From Chthoniobacterales bacterium (GTDB lineage: Bacteria; Verrucomicrobiota; Verrucomicrobiia; Chthoniobacterales; DASVRZ01), in contig DASVRZ010000079.1 in assembly GCA_036388355.1 (NCBI GenBank), positions 17 to 64,016 on the forward strand: 64,000 nucleotides of DNA. Direction: 5' to 3'. This document shows positions 28,709 to 37,941 of the stretch, one piece after another (within the stretch, counting starts at the first letter, position 1; each line of letters opens with the position of its first letter). Below the pieces are notes generated by a model that was given only the letters and a program-made list of their open reading frames with translations, was not told the origin of the DNA and searched no databases. Position numbers and translations under genes: made by a program.

Positions 28709-30754
28709 CTACTCGGCTCGGTTTGGGGAGAAAAGCGTCTCGGCAGCGGCGAGTTGGCTCTGGTGGCCGAGGAAGATTAACTGGTCGCCGGGTTGCAGTT
28801 CCTCGTCCGGTCCTGGGTTGAGGATGCTCCCATTCTCCCGTTCGATGCCGACGATGCTCGCGCCGGTGCGGCTGCGGATTTGCAGTTCGGCGATGAGTTT
28901 TCCCGCTGCGGGGGAGCCGATGACGATGGGGATGGTGCGCAAACTGGCCTCACGCAGAAGGGAAGGCAGCGGGAGCGGGGAGGGTGCTTCGCCATGGTGC
29001 CGCTCGATCTCGGGTTGCGAGAGGGTGGTTTGGAGGGCGTATTGCGCGCCCGCGTAGAGTCGGATGAAGGGTCGGCGCAGAAGAATGAAGGCCGCCACCA
29101 GGACGAAACCCAGCGCGATGAGGATTTTCCCCGAAGGGAGAATGGTGGTGCTGAGGAGCAGGACGATGAGGATGAGCAGGAGCGAGCCGGCGATGACGAC
29201 GATGCTGCCGATCACGGAGCGGAGGGCTTCGGTGCGTTCGCCGGCGAATTTGCGTTTGACCGTAATCTCGCCAATGAGCAACGCGACGGCCTGGAGCTTG
29301 CGGAAGACGGCAATGAAAAGCGGCAACGCGAGGAGCATGGCTCCGAGCCAAAGGGCGGCTTTGAGGGTCTCGGGTCCGCCGGGGATCTCGGTCCAGCGGG
29401 CGAGAACGCGCGGGCGCAAGTAAACGGCTGCAAGGAAGATGGCGGTGACGAGAAGGAGGTTGATGGCGATCTGCCAGCCCCAGCGTTGCAGGAGGCGGAC
29501 GGCGGTGGAGTTGCGGTCGTTGCCGTTGCGCTGGCCGATCCAGCGGGTGTAATCGTCGAAGGAATTCAGGAGGGTGCGCGGGAGGCAGCGTTCGAGGAAG
29601 GCGGCGACGGCGTCGGAGCCTTTGATGCGGTAGGGCGTGGCGAGAGTGGTGAGGACGGAAACGGCGACGGCGATGGGATAGAGGAATTCGCTGGTGGTGC
29701 GGAGGGTGAGTCCGAGCGAGGCGATGATGAAGGAGAACTCGCCGATCTGCCCGAGGCCCATGCCGACCTGCAGGGCGGAGCGGCGGTCGTTGCCCGCGAC
29801 AAAACTGCCGAGGGAGCAGAAGAGGATTTTCCCGGCCATGACGACGACGGTGAGGATGAGAATCGGCCCGATGTATTTCAGGAGCAGAGCGGGATCGATG
29901 AGCAGACCGATGGACACGAAGAAGACGGCGCTGAACATGTCGCGCACCGGATGCATGAGCGTCTCGATGCGGATGATCTGGCGGGCTTCGGCGATGATCG
30001 CGCCGATTAAGAAAGCGCCGAGGGCGACGCTGTAGCCGAGTTGCGCGGCTAAAAGCGACACGCCGAAACACAGCCCCAGCACGGTGATGAGGAGCATTTC
30101 GTTGCTCTTAAAACGGCTGACATAATCGAGCAGACGCGGGACGACGATGAGCCCGACGATGAGTACGGTGCCGAGGAAGGCGCCGAGCCGCAGCATGGTG
30201 ATCGCGATGTCTCCGGCGGCCAGCGAACCAGTCGTGGCGAAGCCGGAGAGCAGCGCGATGATGATGATGGCGACGATGTCTTCGACGATGAGAATGCCGA
30301 AGATGAGTTGGGCGAAGCGTTCGCGGGTTTTCCCAACTTCCTCCAGCGCCTTGATGATGATGGTGGTGGAGGAGATCGAGATGATGGCGCCGAGGAAGAC
30401 GCTATTCATGAGGCCCCAGCCAAAGAGCTGTCCGAGGCCGTAGCCGGCGAGGAACATTCCGGGGATCTCGAAGAAAGCGACGATGAGCGCGGTGGTGCCG
30501 ACTTTTCGAAGTTTGCGCAGGCTGAATTCGAGGCCCAGGGCGAACATCAGGAAGACGATGCCCAGCTCGGAGAGGGTCTCGATGGTGGCGCGATCCGCGA
30601 TGAGCGGAAACGGCGGCGTGTGGGGTCCGATGATGAGCCCGGCGAGGATGTAGCCCAGGACGACGGGTTGTTTAAGCCGCCGAAAAACGATGGTGACAAT
30701 CGCCGCCACGACCATGACCACTGCGAGGTCTTGGAGAAGGGTGGCGTGCGGCAT
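28709..30754 (-). CDS. Monovalent cation:proton antiporter-2 (Kef-type) with C-terminal RCK_C/TrkA-C domain
   Basis: LLQDLAVVMVVAAIVTIVFRRLKQPVVLGYILAGLIIGPHTPPF, about 12 TM. C-terminus GSPAAGKLIAELQIRSRTGASIVGIERENGSILNPGPDEELQPGDQLIFLG. Confidence 0.9.
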   Translation of the reverse strand: MPHATLLQDLAVVMVVAAIVTIVFRRLKQPVVLGYILAGLIIGPHTPPFPLIADRATIETLSELGIVFLMFALGLEFSLRKLRKVGTTALIVAFFEIPGMFLAGYGLGQLFGWGLMNSVFLGAIISISSTTIIIKALEEVGKTRERFAQLIFGILIVEDIVAIIIIALLSGFATTGSLAAGDIAITMLRLGAFLGTVLIVGLIVVPRLLDYVSRFKSNEMLLITVLGLCFGVSLLAAQLGYSVALGAFLIGAIIAEARQIIRIETLMHPVRDMFSAVFFVSIGLLIDPALLLKYIGPILILTVVVMAGKILFCSLGSFVAGNDRRSALQVGMGLGQIGEFSFIIASLGLTLRTTSEFLYPIAVAVSVLTTLATPYRIKGSDAVAAFLERCLPRTLLNSFDDYTRWIGQRNGNDRNSTAVRLLQRWGWQIAINLLLVTAIFLAAVYLRPRVLARWTEIPGGPETLKAALWLGAMLLALPLFIAVFRKLQAVALLIGEITVKRKFAGERTEALRSVIGSIVVIAGSLLLILIVLLLSTTILPSGKILIALGFVLVAAFILLRRPFIRLYAGAQYALQTTLSQPEIERHHGEAPSPLPLPSLLREASLRTIPIVIGSPAAGKLIAELQIRSRTGASIVGIERENGSILNPGPDEELQPGDQLIFLGHQSQLAAAETLFSPNRAE

Positions 30755-30805
30755 CGCGTTCCATCGGGTGCCACCGGGAGAAATTCAAGCGCGGATGTGA
30801 ACGAA

Positions 30806-31765
30806 CTAAGACAAAGCTTCCAGCACGCGGCGATAGGGCGAGGGAATGGGGAGGTCGGCGAGTTCCGCGGGAGCGAACCAGCGGATGGGTGCATTGGTGG
30901 ATTTCGCCGGGTAAATTTCCAGGGTGACGCGGTAGCGCGTGATGCCGTAGCGGTGGGTGATAATCGGCATTTCGAGCATGTCGGGGACGTGGGTCATGGC
31001 GGGGAGAATCCACATTCCCTGCCAGGGGTTTTCCGTGCGCTGTACGAGAGCGACGAGGTCGCCGTTGGTGATGTGCAGCGCGCGCTCGACCTTCTGCGTG
31101 ACGGCAGCTTTCGGGCTTTTCACCGGCAGGCGCGCGGGGTCGCTGCCGGAGAGGAACGCGAGGCAGTGCGTGTTCACGGGGCATTCCTCGCACTTCGGTT
31201 TCGGCGTGCAGATGAGGGCGCCAAGTTCCATCAGAGCCGCGTTGAATTCCCCGGCGTTTTCCTTCGGCAACAACTGCGCGGCAAACGCCCAGATCTTGGC
31301 GCGTCCGTCGGTGGAATCGATCGGAGCCTGAAAGTCGAAGAGGCGAGCGAGTACGCGGGCAATGTTGGCGTCAACGATAGGCACGCGGGCGTTTCCCGAA
31401 AACGTGAGGATGGCACCGGCCGTGTAGTCGCCCATGCCGGGGAGGCGTTTCATGTCGGCGAGGTTGTCTGGGAAGCGGTCGCCGATTTCCTGGGCGGCGC
31501 GCTGCAGATTGCGAGCGCGGGAATAGTAGCCCAGGCCCTGCCAGAGACTCAGGACGTCCTGCTCGCTGGCCGCGGCAAGACTTTGGACGGTGGGAAATCG
31601 GAGCATCCAGCGGTTGAAATAAGGAACGACGGTGGCAACTTGCGTCTGCTGAAGCATGAATTCGGAAACCATGATCGCGTAAGGATCGGTCGTGCGGCGC
31701 CACGGCAAATCGCGCGCGTGCTTGCGAAACCAGGCGCGGAGTTGCTCGGTGAACTGCGGATTCAT
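30806..31765 (-). CDS. mutY: A/G-specific adenine DNA glycosylase
   Basis: LPWRRTTDPYAIMVSEFMLQQTQVATVVPYFNRWMLRFPT...GLGYYSRARNL, Fe-S cluster CTPKPKCEECPVNTHC. Confidence 0.93.
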   Translation of the reverse strand: MNPQFTEQLRAWFRKHARDLPWRRTTDPYAIMVSEFMLQQTQVATVVPYFNRWMLRFPTVQSLAAASEQDVLSLWQGLGYYSRARNLQRAAQEIGDRFPDNLADMKRLPGMGDYTAGAILTFSGNARVPIVDANIARVLARLFDFQAPIDSTDGRAKIWAFAAQLLPKENAGEFNAALMELGALICTPKPKCEECPVNTHCLAFLSGSDPARLPVKSPKAAVTQKVERALHITNGDLVALVQRTENPWQGMWILPAMTHVPDMLEMPIITHRYGITRYRVTLEIYPAKSTNAPIRWFAPAELADLPIPSPYRRVLEALS

Positions 31766-31903
31766 GGGAGAGGATTAAGCACGAAGAGGCAGCGGCACGA
31801 AGGCGAAAACGCGTGGGCGGGTGAATTCCCGCGGAACAGCAGCTTCGCGATCGCCGCCCGCTTTTGGTTGGTGTCGCGGCAGGTTGGTGATTACGTTTCC
31901 GCG

Positions 31904-32863
31904 ATGCCGCTCACTACCCACACCGCCGCGCTGACTCCCGAGCAGGCGCGGAAGTTGCGCGTGTTGCTGGAGGAGGACGGCTTTGAGTTTTCCGAGAAGC
32001 CTTACACGCTCTACGCCGCGACCAAAGGCAAGCTGAACGTGGCGGTATATGAGAAGGGTCCGAAGGTGGTCTTGCAGGGAAAAGACACGGAGGAGTTCCT
32101 CACGTTTCGGCTCGAGCCGGAGATCCTCGGCGAAGCGAAGTTTGGCTACGAGGAAGAGCTGAATCCGGAAATGTTCTCGCCGCATTTCGGGGTCGACGAG
32201 AGCGGCAAAGGGGACTTTTTCGGGCCGCTCGTAGTCGCTGGCACCTATGTGGATCGGGAGCTGGCGCACGCTTATAAAGCGGCGGGTGTCCAGGACAGCA
32301 AATGCATCACCAGCGACGCCAGCATTCGCAAAATCGCCAAGGCCATTCGCGAAACGCCGGGCGCAGTTTTCGACGTCATCCTGATGTCGCCCCAGCGTTA
32401 CAACGAGCTTTACGACAAGTTCGACAGCCTGAACCGGCTGCTCGCCTGGGGCCACGCGCGCGTCATTGAAAACCTGGCGGAGCGCCGCCCGGATTGTCCG
32501 AGGTCGTTGTCGGATCAGTTTGCCGACCCGAGCCTCATTAAGAAAGCGCTGCTCGAGCGCGGCAAGCTGCTGCAGATCGACCAGCGCACGAAAGCGGAAT
32601 CGGACATCGCCGTAGCGGCCGCCTCCATTCTGGCGCGCGATGCTTTCATCGATTGGATGGATCGGGCTGGGAAAAAACTCGGGCTCCCGACGCTGCCGCG
32701 AGGCGCTTCCGCAGCGGTGCGCGAGCTGGCGGAGAAGCTGGTGGCGGAGCGCGGCCCGGAGTTTCTCCAGCTCTCATCGAAGACGCATTTCAAAACGGCG
32801 CATGAGATTGCCCCCGAGACGTTTCGTCTGCGCACGAAGCCTTATTTCCGCAAAAAAGATTGA
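31904..32863 (+). CDS. rnhC: Ribonuclease HIII
   Basis: N-terminal DUF3378-like domain (KLRVLLEEDGFEFSEKPYTLYAATKGKLNVAVYEKGPKVVLQGK), then FGVDESGKGDFFGPLVVAG, ...DSK..., LAWGHARVIENL. This is the C-terminal 319 codons of track ORF 30308..32863; the rest of that ORF is antisense shadow. Confidence 0.88.
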   Translation: MPLTTHTAALTPEQARKLRVLLEEDGFEFSEKPYTLYAATKGKLNVAVYEKGPKVVLQGKDTEEFLTFRLEPEILGEAKFGYEEELNPEMFSPHFGVDESGKGDFFGPLVVAGTYVDRELAHAYKAAGVQDSKCITSDASIRKIAKAIRETPGAVFDVILMSPQRYNELYDKFDSLNRLLAWGHARVIENLAERRPDCPRSLSDQFADPSLIKKALLERGKLLQIDQRTKAESDIAVAAASILARDAFIDWMDRAGKKLGLPTLPRGASAAVRELAEKLVAERGPEFLQLSSKTHFKTAHEIAPETFRLRTKPYFRKKD

Positions 32864-33008
32864 TGCGCATTTGCGACTTGCCTTTGCGAGCCGTTCCTCC
32901 TTATTTTCCTGCGCGAACAAGGGGCTTTTCAGGGGATCACCGCGAGGATTTTCCATGGCAGGCTGCGTCGAAAACCAGGCATTAACCACTTCAACCAAGG
33001 AACACACG

Positions 33009-33344
33009 ATGGGCAATCTCACCAAGCGGGACATAGTGGTTAAGATCAGCAACGAGACCGGCGTGGTGCAGCATCAGGTCTTTGAGATCGTGCAGAAAAC
33101 CCTGGATTTGATTACGGAGAGCCTGGCGAATGGCGACGACGTGGAGCTTCGTAATTTCGGGATTTTCGAGGTGCGCCTCACCAAAGCTCGCATCGGGCGT
33201 AATCCGAACCAGCCCGGCAGCAAATACGACATCCCGCCGCGTGCATCCGTGAAGTTCAAATCAGGAAAAATCATGCGCGACCGCGTTGCGACGCTTTCTG
33301 GCAGTTTGAAACGGGCCGCCGCTGAGGCTGAGCGGATCAGTTAA
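33009..33344 (+). CDS. HU/IHF-family DNA-binding protein
   Basis: MGNLTKRDIVVKISNETGVVQHQVFEIVQKTLDLITESLANGDDVELRNFGIFEVRLTKARIGRNPNQPGSKYDIPPRASVKFKSGK. Confidence 0.92.
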   Translation: MGNLTKRDIVVKISNETGVVQHQVFEIVQKTLDLITESLANGDDVELRNFGIFEVRLTKARIGRNPNQPGSKYDIPPRASVKFKSGKIMRDRVATLSGSLKRAAAEAERIS

Positions 33345-33478
33345 GCGCAGCTCAACACATGAGACGAGCGCTTCTCATGATTAGAGCGCTGGGGATTGTA
33401 AGTGGATTGTGGCTCATCTGCTCAACAGTCCTGTGGTCTATCAAGTTGAGTTCGGTTTTTTCGAACTTTTAGAACGGC

Positions 33479-33694
33479 GTGCAAATTTTAGCGGTTGTCC
33501 TTGAACTCAGTGCCCCCACTCTCGTTATCGGGGTTCTTTTGCTCCTCCCCTGGAGCCGTCTCAGCTCCGCTTGGGTTTGGTGGCCCCTGTTCTCCGTCTT
33601 CACCATAGTTGCCGTTCTGTGGATCCGTTGGGTGTTCCTTCGTCACATGACTCCTTGGCGGACGGGCGTTCTCTGGCAAAAGGGAATTCTGTAG
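33479..33694 (+). CDS. Small hydrophobic protein (doubtful)
   Basis: 71-aa GTG-initiated ORF with two hydrophobic, Trp-rich stretches. No homology is recognisable by eye. Confidence 0.25.
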   Translation: MQILAVVLELSAPTLVIGVLLLLPWSRLSSAWVWWPLFSVFTIVAVLWIRWVFLRHMTPWRTGVLWQKGIL

Positions 33695-33861
33695 TCGATC
33701 GCCATGTACTCGGCTTTTTTCATCGTCCAGCTCGCGGCCATCTACCTGCTCCGGCGTTTGCAGTTCCCCACGCCCCCTCAACAGCCTGCGTAACACCGCA
33801 AGCTTCTCGTTTCTGTCGGGAAAGACTTCCCGAGTCCGGGGGTTTCCGACATACGTGATGC

Positions 33862-34956
33862 GTGTCCGAAGTTGTCGCCTCCCCCAAACATAGTTGCCCC
33901 TCCTGCGGAGCGCAGGCTCAGTGGGAACCTGCTACACAAACGCTCCGCTGCCCCTTTTGCGCCACCGTTTCCCAATTCCACGAAACTGCCACGGGTGAGA
34001 TCCAGGAGAACGACCTCGCCACGGCCTTGCGCAGCATTCCCGATTCGCAGCGGGGCTGGGCGCCCGAGCAAATCACCGTTAAATGCCAGAGCTGTCAGGC
34101 CATCAGCGTCTTTTCAGCAGGACGCGTCGCGCAGCGTTGCGATTTTTGCGGCTCCCCCGCCCTGGTCCCTTACACCGAAACGCAGGCGCCGATCCGACCC
34201 GAGAGCGTGCTGCCGTTCAAGATCGCCGAGGCCACCATCCGGGAAACGATCCGCCAATGGTACGGCTCCCACTGGTTGGCTCCTAACAAACTGAAAAGCC
34301 GCGCCCTCACCGACACCTTGCACGGGGCGTATCTCCCCTACTGGACCTTTGACGCGCAGGCGCATGCCGACTGGACCGCCGAAGCCGGTCACCATTACTA
34401 CGAGACGCAGAGCTACCGCGACGCCAACGGCCGCACGCAAACTCGCCAGGTGCAAAAAACCAGGTGGGTGCCTGCCTCTGGATCGCTGGATCATTTCTTC
34501 GACGACACCCTCGTCTCCGGCTCGCGAGGGGTTCCCGCTGATCTTCTTGCAGAGGTGGAGCCTTTCCCAACCACGACGGATCTCGTCCCTTACAGCACCG
34601 CTTTCCTCTCTGGCTGGGTCGTGGAGCAATACCAGATCGATCTCGTCGCCGCCCTGCAACACGCCCGGGCCACGATGCATTCTCAACTGGAAACGCTCTG
34701 CAGCCGCGAAGTTCCGGGCGACACTCAGCGTGGCCTCCAGGTGGAAGCCGATTATACCGGGCAGACCTTCAAGCACATTCTCGTGCCGGTGTGGCTGCTC
34801 ACTTACACCTACGGCTCGAAGAATTTCGTCGTCGTCATCAATGGCTACACCGGCAAAATCGCTGGAAAATATCCGCTGAGCTGGGTGAAAATTCTTTTGA
34901 TCAGTCTCGCAGTTCTCCTCTTGCTTGGCATCATCATTGCTGCAAGTCAGAAATAA
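33862..34956 (+). CDS. Double zinc-ribbon protein with C-terminal membrane anchor (hypothetical)
   Basis: CPSCGAQ..(17)..CPFC and CQSCQA..(14)..CDFC, a conserved central region, then C-terminal TM WVKILLISLAVLLLLGIIIAA. GTG start. Confidence 0.7.
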   Translation: MSEVVASPKHSCPSCGAQAQWEPATQTLRCPFCATVSQFHETATGEIQENDLATALRSIPDSQRGWAPEQITVKCQSCQAISVFSAGRVAQRCDFCGSPALVPYTETQAPIRPESVLPFKIAEATIRETIRQWYGSHWLAPNKLKSRALTDTLHGAYLPYWTFDAQAHADWTAEAGHHYYETQSYRDANGRTQTRQVQKTRWVPASGSLDHFFDDTLVSGSRGVPADLLAEVEPFPTTTDLVPYSTAFLSGWVVEQYQIDLVAALQHARATMHSQLETLCSREVPGDTQRGLQVEADYTGQTFKHILVPVWLLTYTYGSKNFVVVINGYTGKIAGKYPLSWVKILLISLAVLLLLGIIIAASQK

Positions 34957-34958
34957 TT

Positions 34959-35996
34959 TTGGACTCTCCACTCACCAAAGCCCTTATCCTCGACCGGGAA
35001 CTTCAGCCGCTGGAGATCCCGGTAGCCGCCCGCGCCCTTCTCTCTCCCAACGTCGATGACGCCCCCAAGGCAGCCTTCCTCCGTGCGCTCCGCCTCCGCG
35101 GGGAAACGGTCGCGGAACTGGCTGGCTTCGTAGAGGCATTTCTCGAGTGTGGCATTGATCCACAGCTCACTGTCAAAGGCCCGACCCTCGACGTTTGCGG
35201 CACCGGCGGCGACGGCTTGCAGCTTTTCAACGTCTCGACCGCAGCCATGTTCGTTCTCGCAGCCGGTGGAATCACCGTTCTCAAACATGGGAACCGCGCC
35301 ATCACTTCGAAATCCGGCGGCGCCGATGTCTTGGAAGCGCTCGGCATCCAGATCGAAACCACACCCGCCATCGTGCAGCGATGCGTGGCCGAGGCGGGTT
35401 GCGCGTTTTTATTCGCCCCGACGTATCACCCGTCGTTCAAAATCATCGGCCGCGTGCGCCGTCAGCTGGCCTCCGAAGGCACCACCACGATGTTCAACCT
35501 GCTAGGGCCGCTCCTCAATCCGGCCCGGCCCACGCACCAGCTCGTCGGAATTTTCTCAACCGAGATGCAGGAAAAATACGCCGCCGTTCTCCGCAAGCTC
35601 GGCCGCAAAGCGGCTTGGGTCGTTAATGGCACCACAGCGGACGGTCGCGGCATGGACGAGCTCTCCACTCTCGGTGCCACGCGCGTCATCGCGCTGGAAA
35701 ATGGTGTGACCCGCCGTTTCACCGTGAAGGCGAACGTGCGCGAAGAACGTGACCTCCATGCCTTGCGCGGCGGCGACGCCACTGCGAACGCGGAGACACT
35801 GGAAAAACTACTCCGCGGCTCCGAAAACATGGAAGCCTTGCGCGAGATCGTCGCCTTAAACGCCGCCGCGGGATTCGTTCTCACAGGAGCAGCTCCCGAC
35901 CTGAAGACCGGCACAGAAAAAGCTTGGGCAATCATCGAAGCCGGCACCGCCTGGCCCAAGGTCGAAGCCCTCCGCAAAGTGAGCCGCAGCTCATAA
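34959..35996 (+). CDS. trpD: Anthranilate phosphoribosyltransferase family protein
   Basis: DVCGTGGDGLQLFNVSTAAMFVLAAGGITVLKHGNRAITSKSGGADVLEALG...FLFAPTYHPSFK...TMFNLLGPLLNPA. Likely TTG start at 34959, just after the preceding stop. No other trp genes are adjacent. Confidence 0.85.
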   Translation: MDSPLTKALILDRELQPLEIPVAARALLSPNVDDAPKAAFLRALRLRGETVAELAGFVEAFLECGIDPQLTVKGPTLDVCGTGGDGLQLFNVSTAAMFVLAAGGITVLKHGNRAITSKSGGADVLEALGIQIETTPAIVQRCVAEAGCAFLFAPTYHPSFKIIGRVRRQLASEGTTTMFNLLGPLLNPARPTHQLVGIFSTEMQEKYAAVLRKLGRKAAWVVNGTTADGRGMDELSTLGATRVIALENGVTRRFTVKANVREERDLHALRGGDATANAETLEKLLRGSENMEALREIVALNAAAGFVLTGAAPDLKTGTEKAWAIIEAGTAWPKVEALRKVSRSS

Positions 35997-36160
35997 ACGT
36001 TCAGTAGTCTATTACGAGTCTTTGCGGATTGCTGAGGGCATTGTTTCCACTCGAAAACCAGGCAAGGTCGCTGTGGGAACACATTGTCCCTTTGCTCCTG
36101 AACAAGTGAGGGCTGAGCCAAACTTCTATCTGAGAAACCGTCCCTGACCGTATGGAAGGC

Positions 36161-37720
36161 TCACTGACTAGGTGGTAACTGTCCTGCCGCCCGGCTCGCC
36201 TGCAGCAGGGTCCTCTCTATGTAGACGTGAGTGTAGCGGCCCGCCGGAATCGGGAGACGCTCGTAGCGAGCGTGGAAGGCTTCGGCCTCGGCGGCGTCTC
36301 GGAACGTGTGATACTGGCGCTCCGACTGCTTGATCACGGTCTGTGTAGCCGGATCGGATTCGAGGCAAACGACACTCGGCTGCTCACGTCGCAGCAGGTC
36401 GCTGAGATATCCCATTTCACCCGGAGGCGCCAGATTCAGCACCCCCGTCGAGACCAGCCCGACCGAGTCGATTACCCGCAGCCCGCTCGTGTAACCCACC
36501 AGGCCGATGTCTCCGAGCATGATTGACTTTGCGCCGGGAATGGCGCCCACGTAGGCCGCAAATCGCTCCATTTCGGGCAACTTTCGCTTCAGGTAGTCAG
36601 CTCTATGAGGAAGCGCGAAAGCAATGCTGCCGATGCAGGCCAGGGCGAACGCGGCCATCGTGAGTGGCCGGGGAATGCGCCAGCCGATGCGTTCAATCAG
36701 GCGAGTGCACCCATCCAGCACCGCGATAAAGAAGCAGAGCGACGTCGGTATGGTGTACCAACTAAAAATCCGGATCGGCTGCCCGGCAACGTAAAAGGCC
36801 CACGCACAGAGGTAGAAAGCAGGCGGGATCAGAAGGAAGGAGCCTTCGCGGAAGTTCTGGACCAGGCTGAAGCAAAGGAGAGCGACCCCGAGCAGCGCAA
36901 ACACGACCAGAAAGAGTCTCGTTGAACCAGACCAGTTGACATAGGAAATGTCTGAAAAGCCAAACGCGAGCAGGACGTTCTTATCCCAAGGGCTGGTTGA
37001 AAAGCCGCCCCATGCCGCTTGGGTAACGTGAGCAGACTTCGCCAGCATTGATTGGGCTAACACCGAGCCATAGTAGGCGTAGGTGCTGCAGACCCAAACC
37101 GCCAGGAGCGCCGCACCGAGCAGTACGCTTTTCCAATAGAGCTGTTTACCTTTGATAACGGCAAACAGCCCAACCAGCGCGAGAAAGAATACTCCCTCTG
37201 GGCGAACGAGGATGGAAACCGTGGCTAAGACGATGGCAGGTCCATATCTTTCCTGCGCCAAAAGATGGAGTGTCCCGAAAATGACAGCCAGCACTAGCGT
37301 CGTCTCCAGTCCGCTGAGAGTCGCGTCGATGTAAGGGAAGTAGAGCAGGAGTAACACCGGCACTGCGCAGAGGAGATGGCGGCGTAGGAAGAGCTGGATC
37401 GCGAACCACGCTGCGATCGCGAAGAAACCATAGTTAAATACGCTTTGCAGCAGGCGAGTTGAGACACCTTGGAACAGGTATTTCGCCGCTGCGAGCAGGC
37501 TTTGAAACAGCGGGGAGGTAAAGCCAATGACTCGCTCACCGACATTATAAACAAGGCCGTCTCCGCGCGCGAAATTCTCCGCATAGCGCATGGTGATATA
37601 CGCATCGTCGATGAAGTATTTATAGACCGTTGAGGAGAAGACGAGACGAACCGTGAGCCCGAACAAGATCAGAAGCAACGCGGTGACGACGGGACGGTTG
37701 AGCAATCTTGCCATTGGCAT
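36161..37720 (-). CDS. Polytopic membrane protein, GT-C-type glycosyltransferase-like
   Basis: At least 10 TM helices. N-terminal loop motif FIDDAYITMRYAENFARGDGLVYNVGERVIGFTSPLF resembles polyprenyl-phosphate-dependent glycosyl/arabinosyl-transferases (inference). Confidence 0.6.
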   Translation of the reverse strand: MPMARLLNRPVVTALLLILFGLTVRLVFSSTVYKYFIDDAYITMRYAENFARGDGLVYNVGERVIGFTSPLFQSLLAAAKYLFQGVSTRLLQSVFNYGFFAIAAWFAIQLFLRRHLLCAVPVLLLLYFPYIDATLSGLETTLVLAVIFGTLHLLAQERYGPAIVLATVSILVRPEGVFFLALVGLFAVIKGKQLYWKSVLLGAALLAVWVCSTYAYYGSVLAQSMLAKSAHVTQAAWGGFSTSPWDKNVLLAFGFSDISYVNWSGSTRLFLVVFALLGVALLCFSLVQNFREGSFLLIPPAFYLCAWAFYVAGQPIRIFSWYTIPTSLCFFIAVLDGCTRLIERIGWRIPRPLTMAAFALACIGSIAFALPHRADYLKRKLPEMERFAAYVGAIPGAKSIMLGDIGLVGYTSGLRVIDSVGLVSTGVLNLAPPGEMGYLSDLLRREQPSVVCLESDPATQTVIKQSERQYHTFRDAAEAEAFHARYERLPIPAGRYTHVYIERTLLQASRAAGQLPPSQ

Positions 37721-37941
37721 TAGTTATCGGAGGATCAAACCAACCTCAAGCGCGGAGCACCGGCTGCTTGCCACATGCTCTTGTGGAACGGGCGTTAATG
37801 GACGCTCACACTCTGCGGTTGATCAGCCGTCTGCCGCCAGCTTTGCGCGCCCAGTCGCCTTGAACTCTGTAGCTTGGGATGAGAAGGTCAGCTGTGTAAG
37901 GATCGGCGTCTCAACAGCGCCGCATCCGAACTGTCCACGAG

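Noticed and set aside
28793-30071. 405-aa plus ORF and 373-aa minus alternative-frame ORF within the kef-type antiporter gene
   Set aside because: Charged or Arg/Pro-rich nonsense-like sequences. The 681-aa frame has 12 TM helices and an RCK_C domain.
30308-31903. First 532 codons of the 851-aa plus ORF 30308..32863
   Set aside because: They run antisense through kef and mutY and are G/D/E/R-rich. RNase HIII homology starts only at ATG 31904.
37721-37941. 221-bp gap containing ..ccaacctcaagcgcggagc.., superficially like the attC 3'-arm spacer (gacctcaagc)
   Set aside because: No core heptamers and no palindromic partner, and it lies outside any cassette context. Likely chance similarity.
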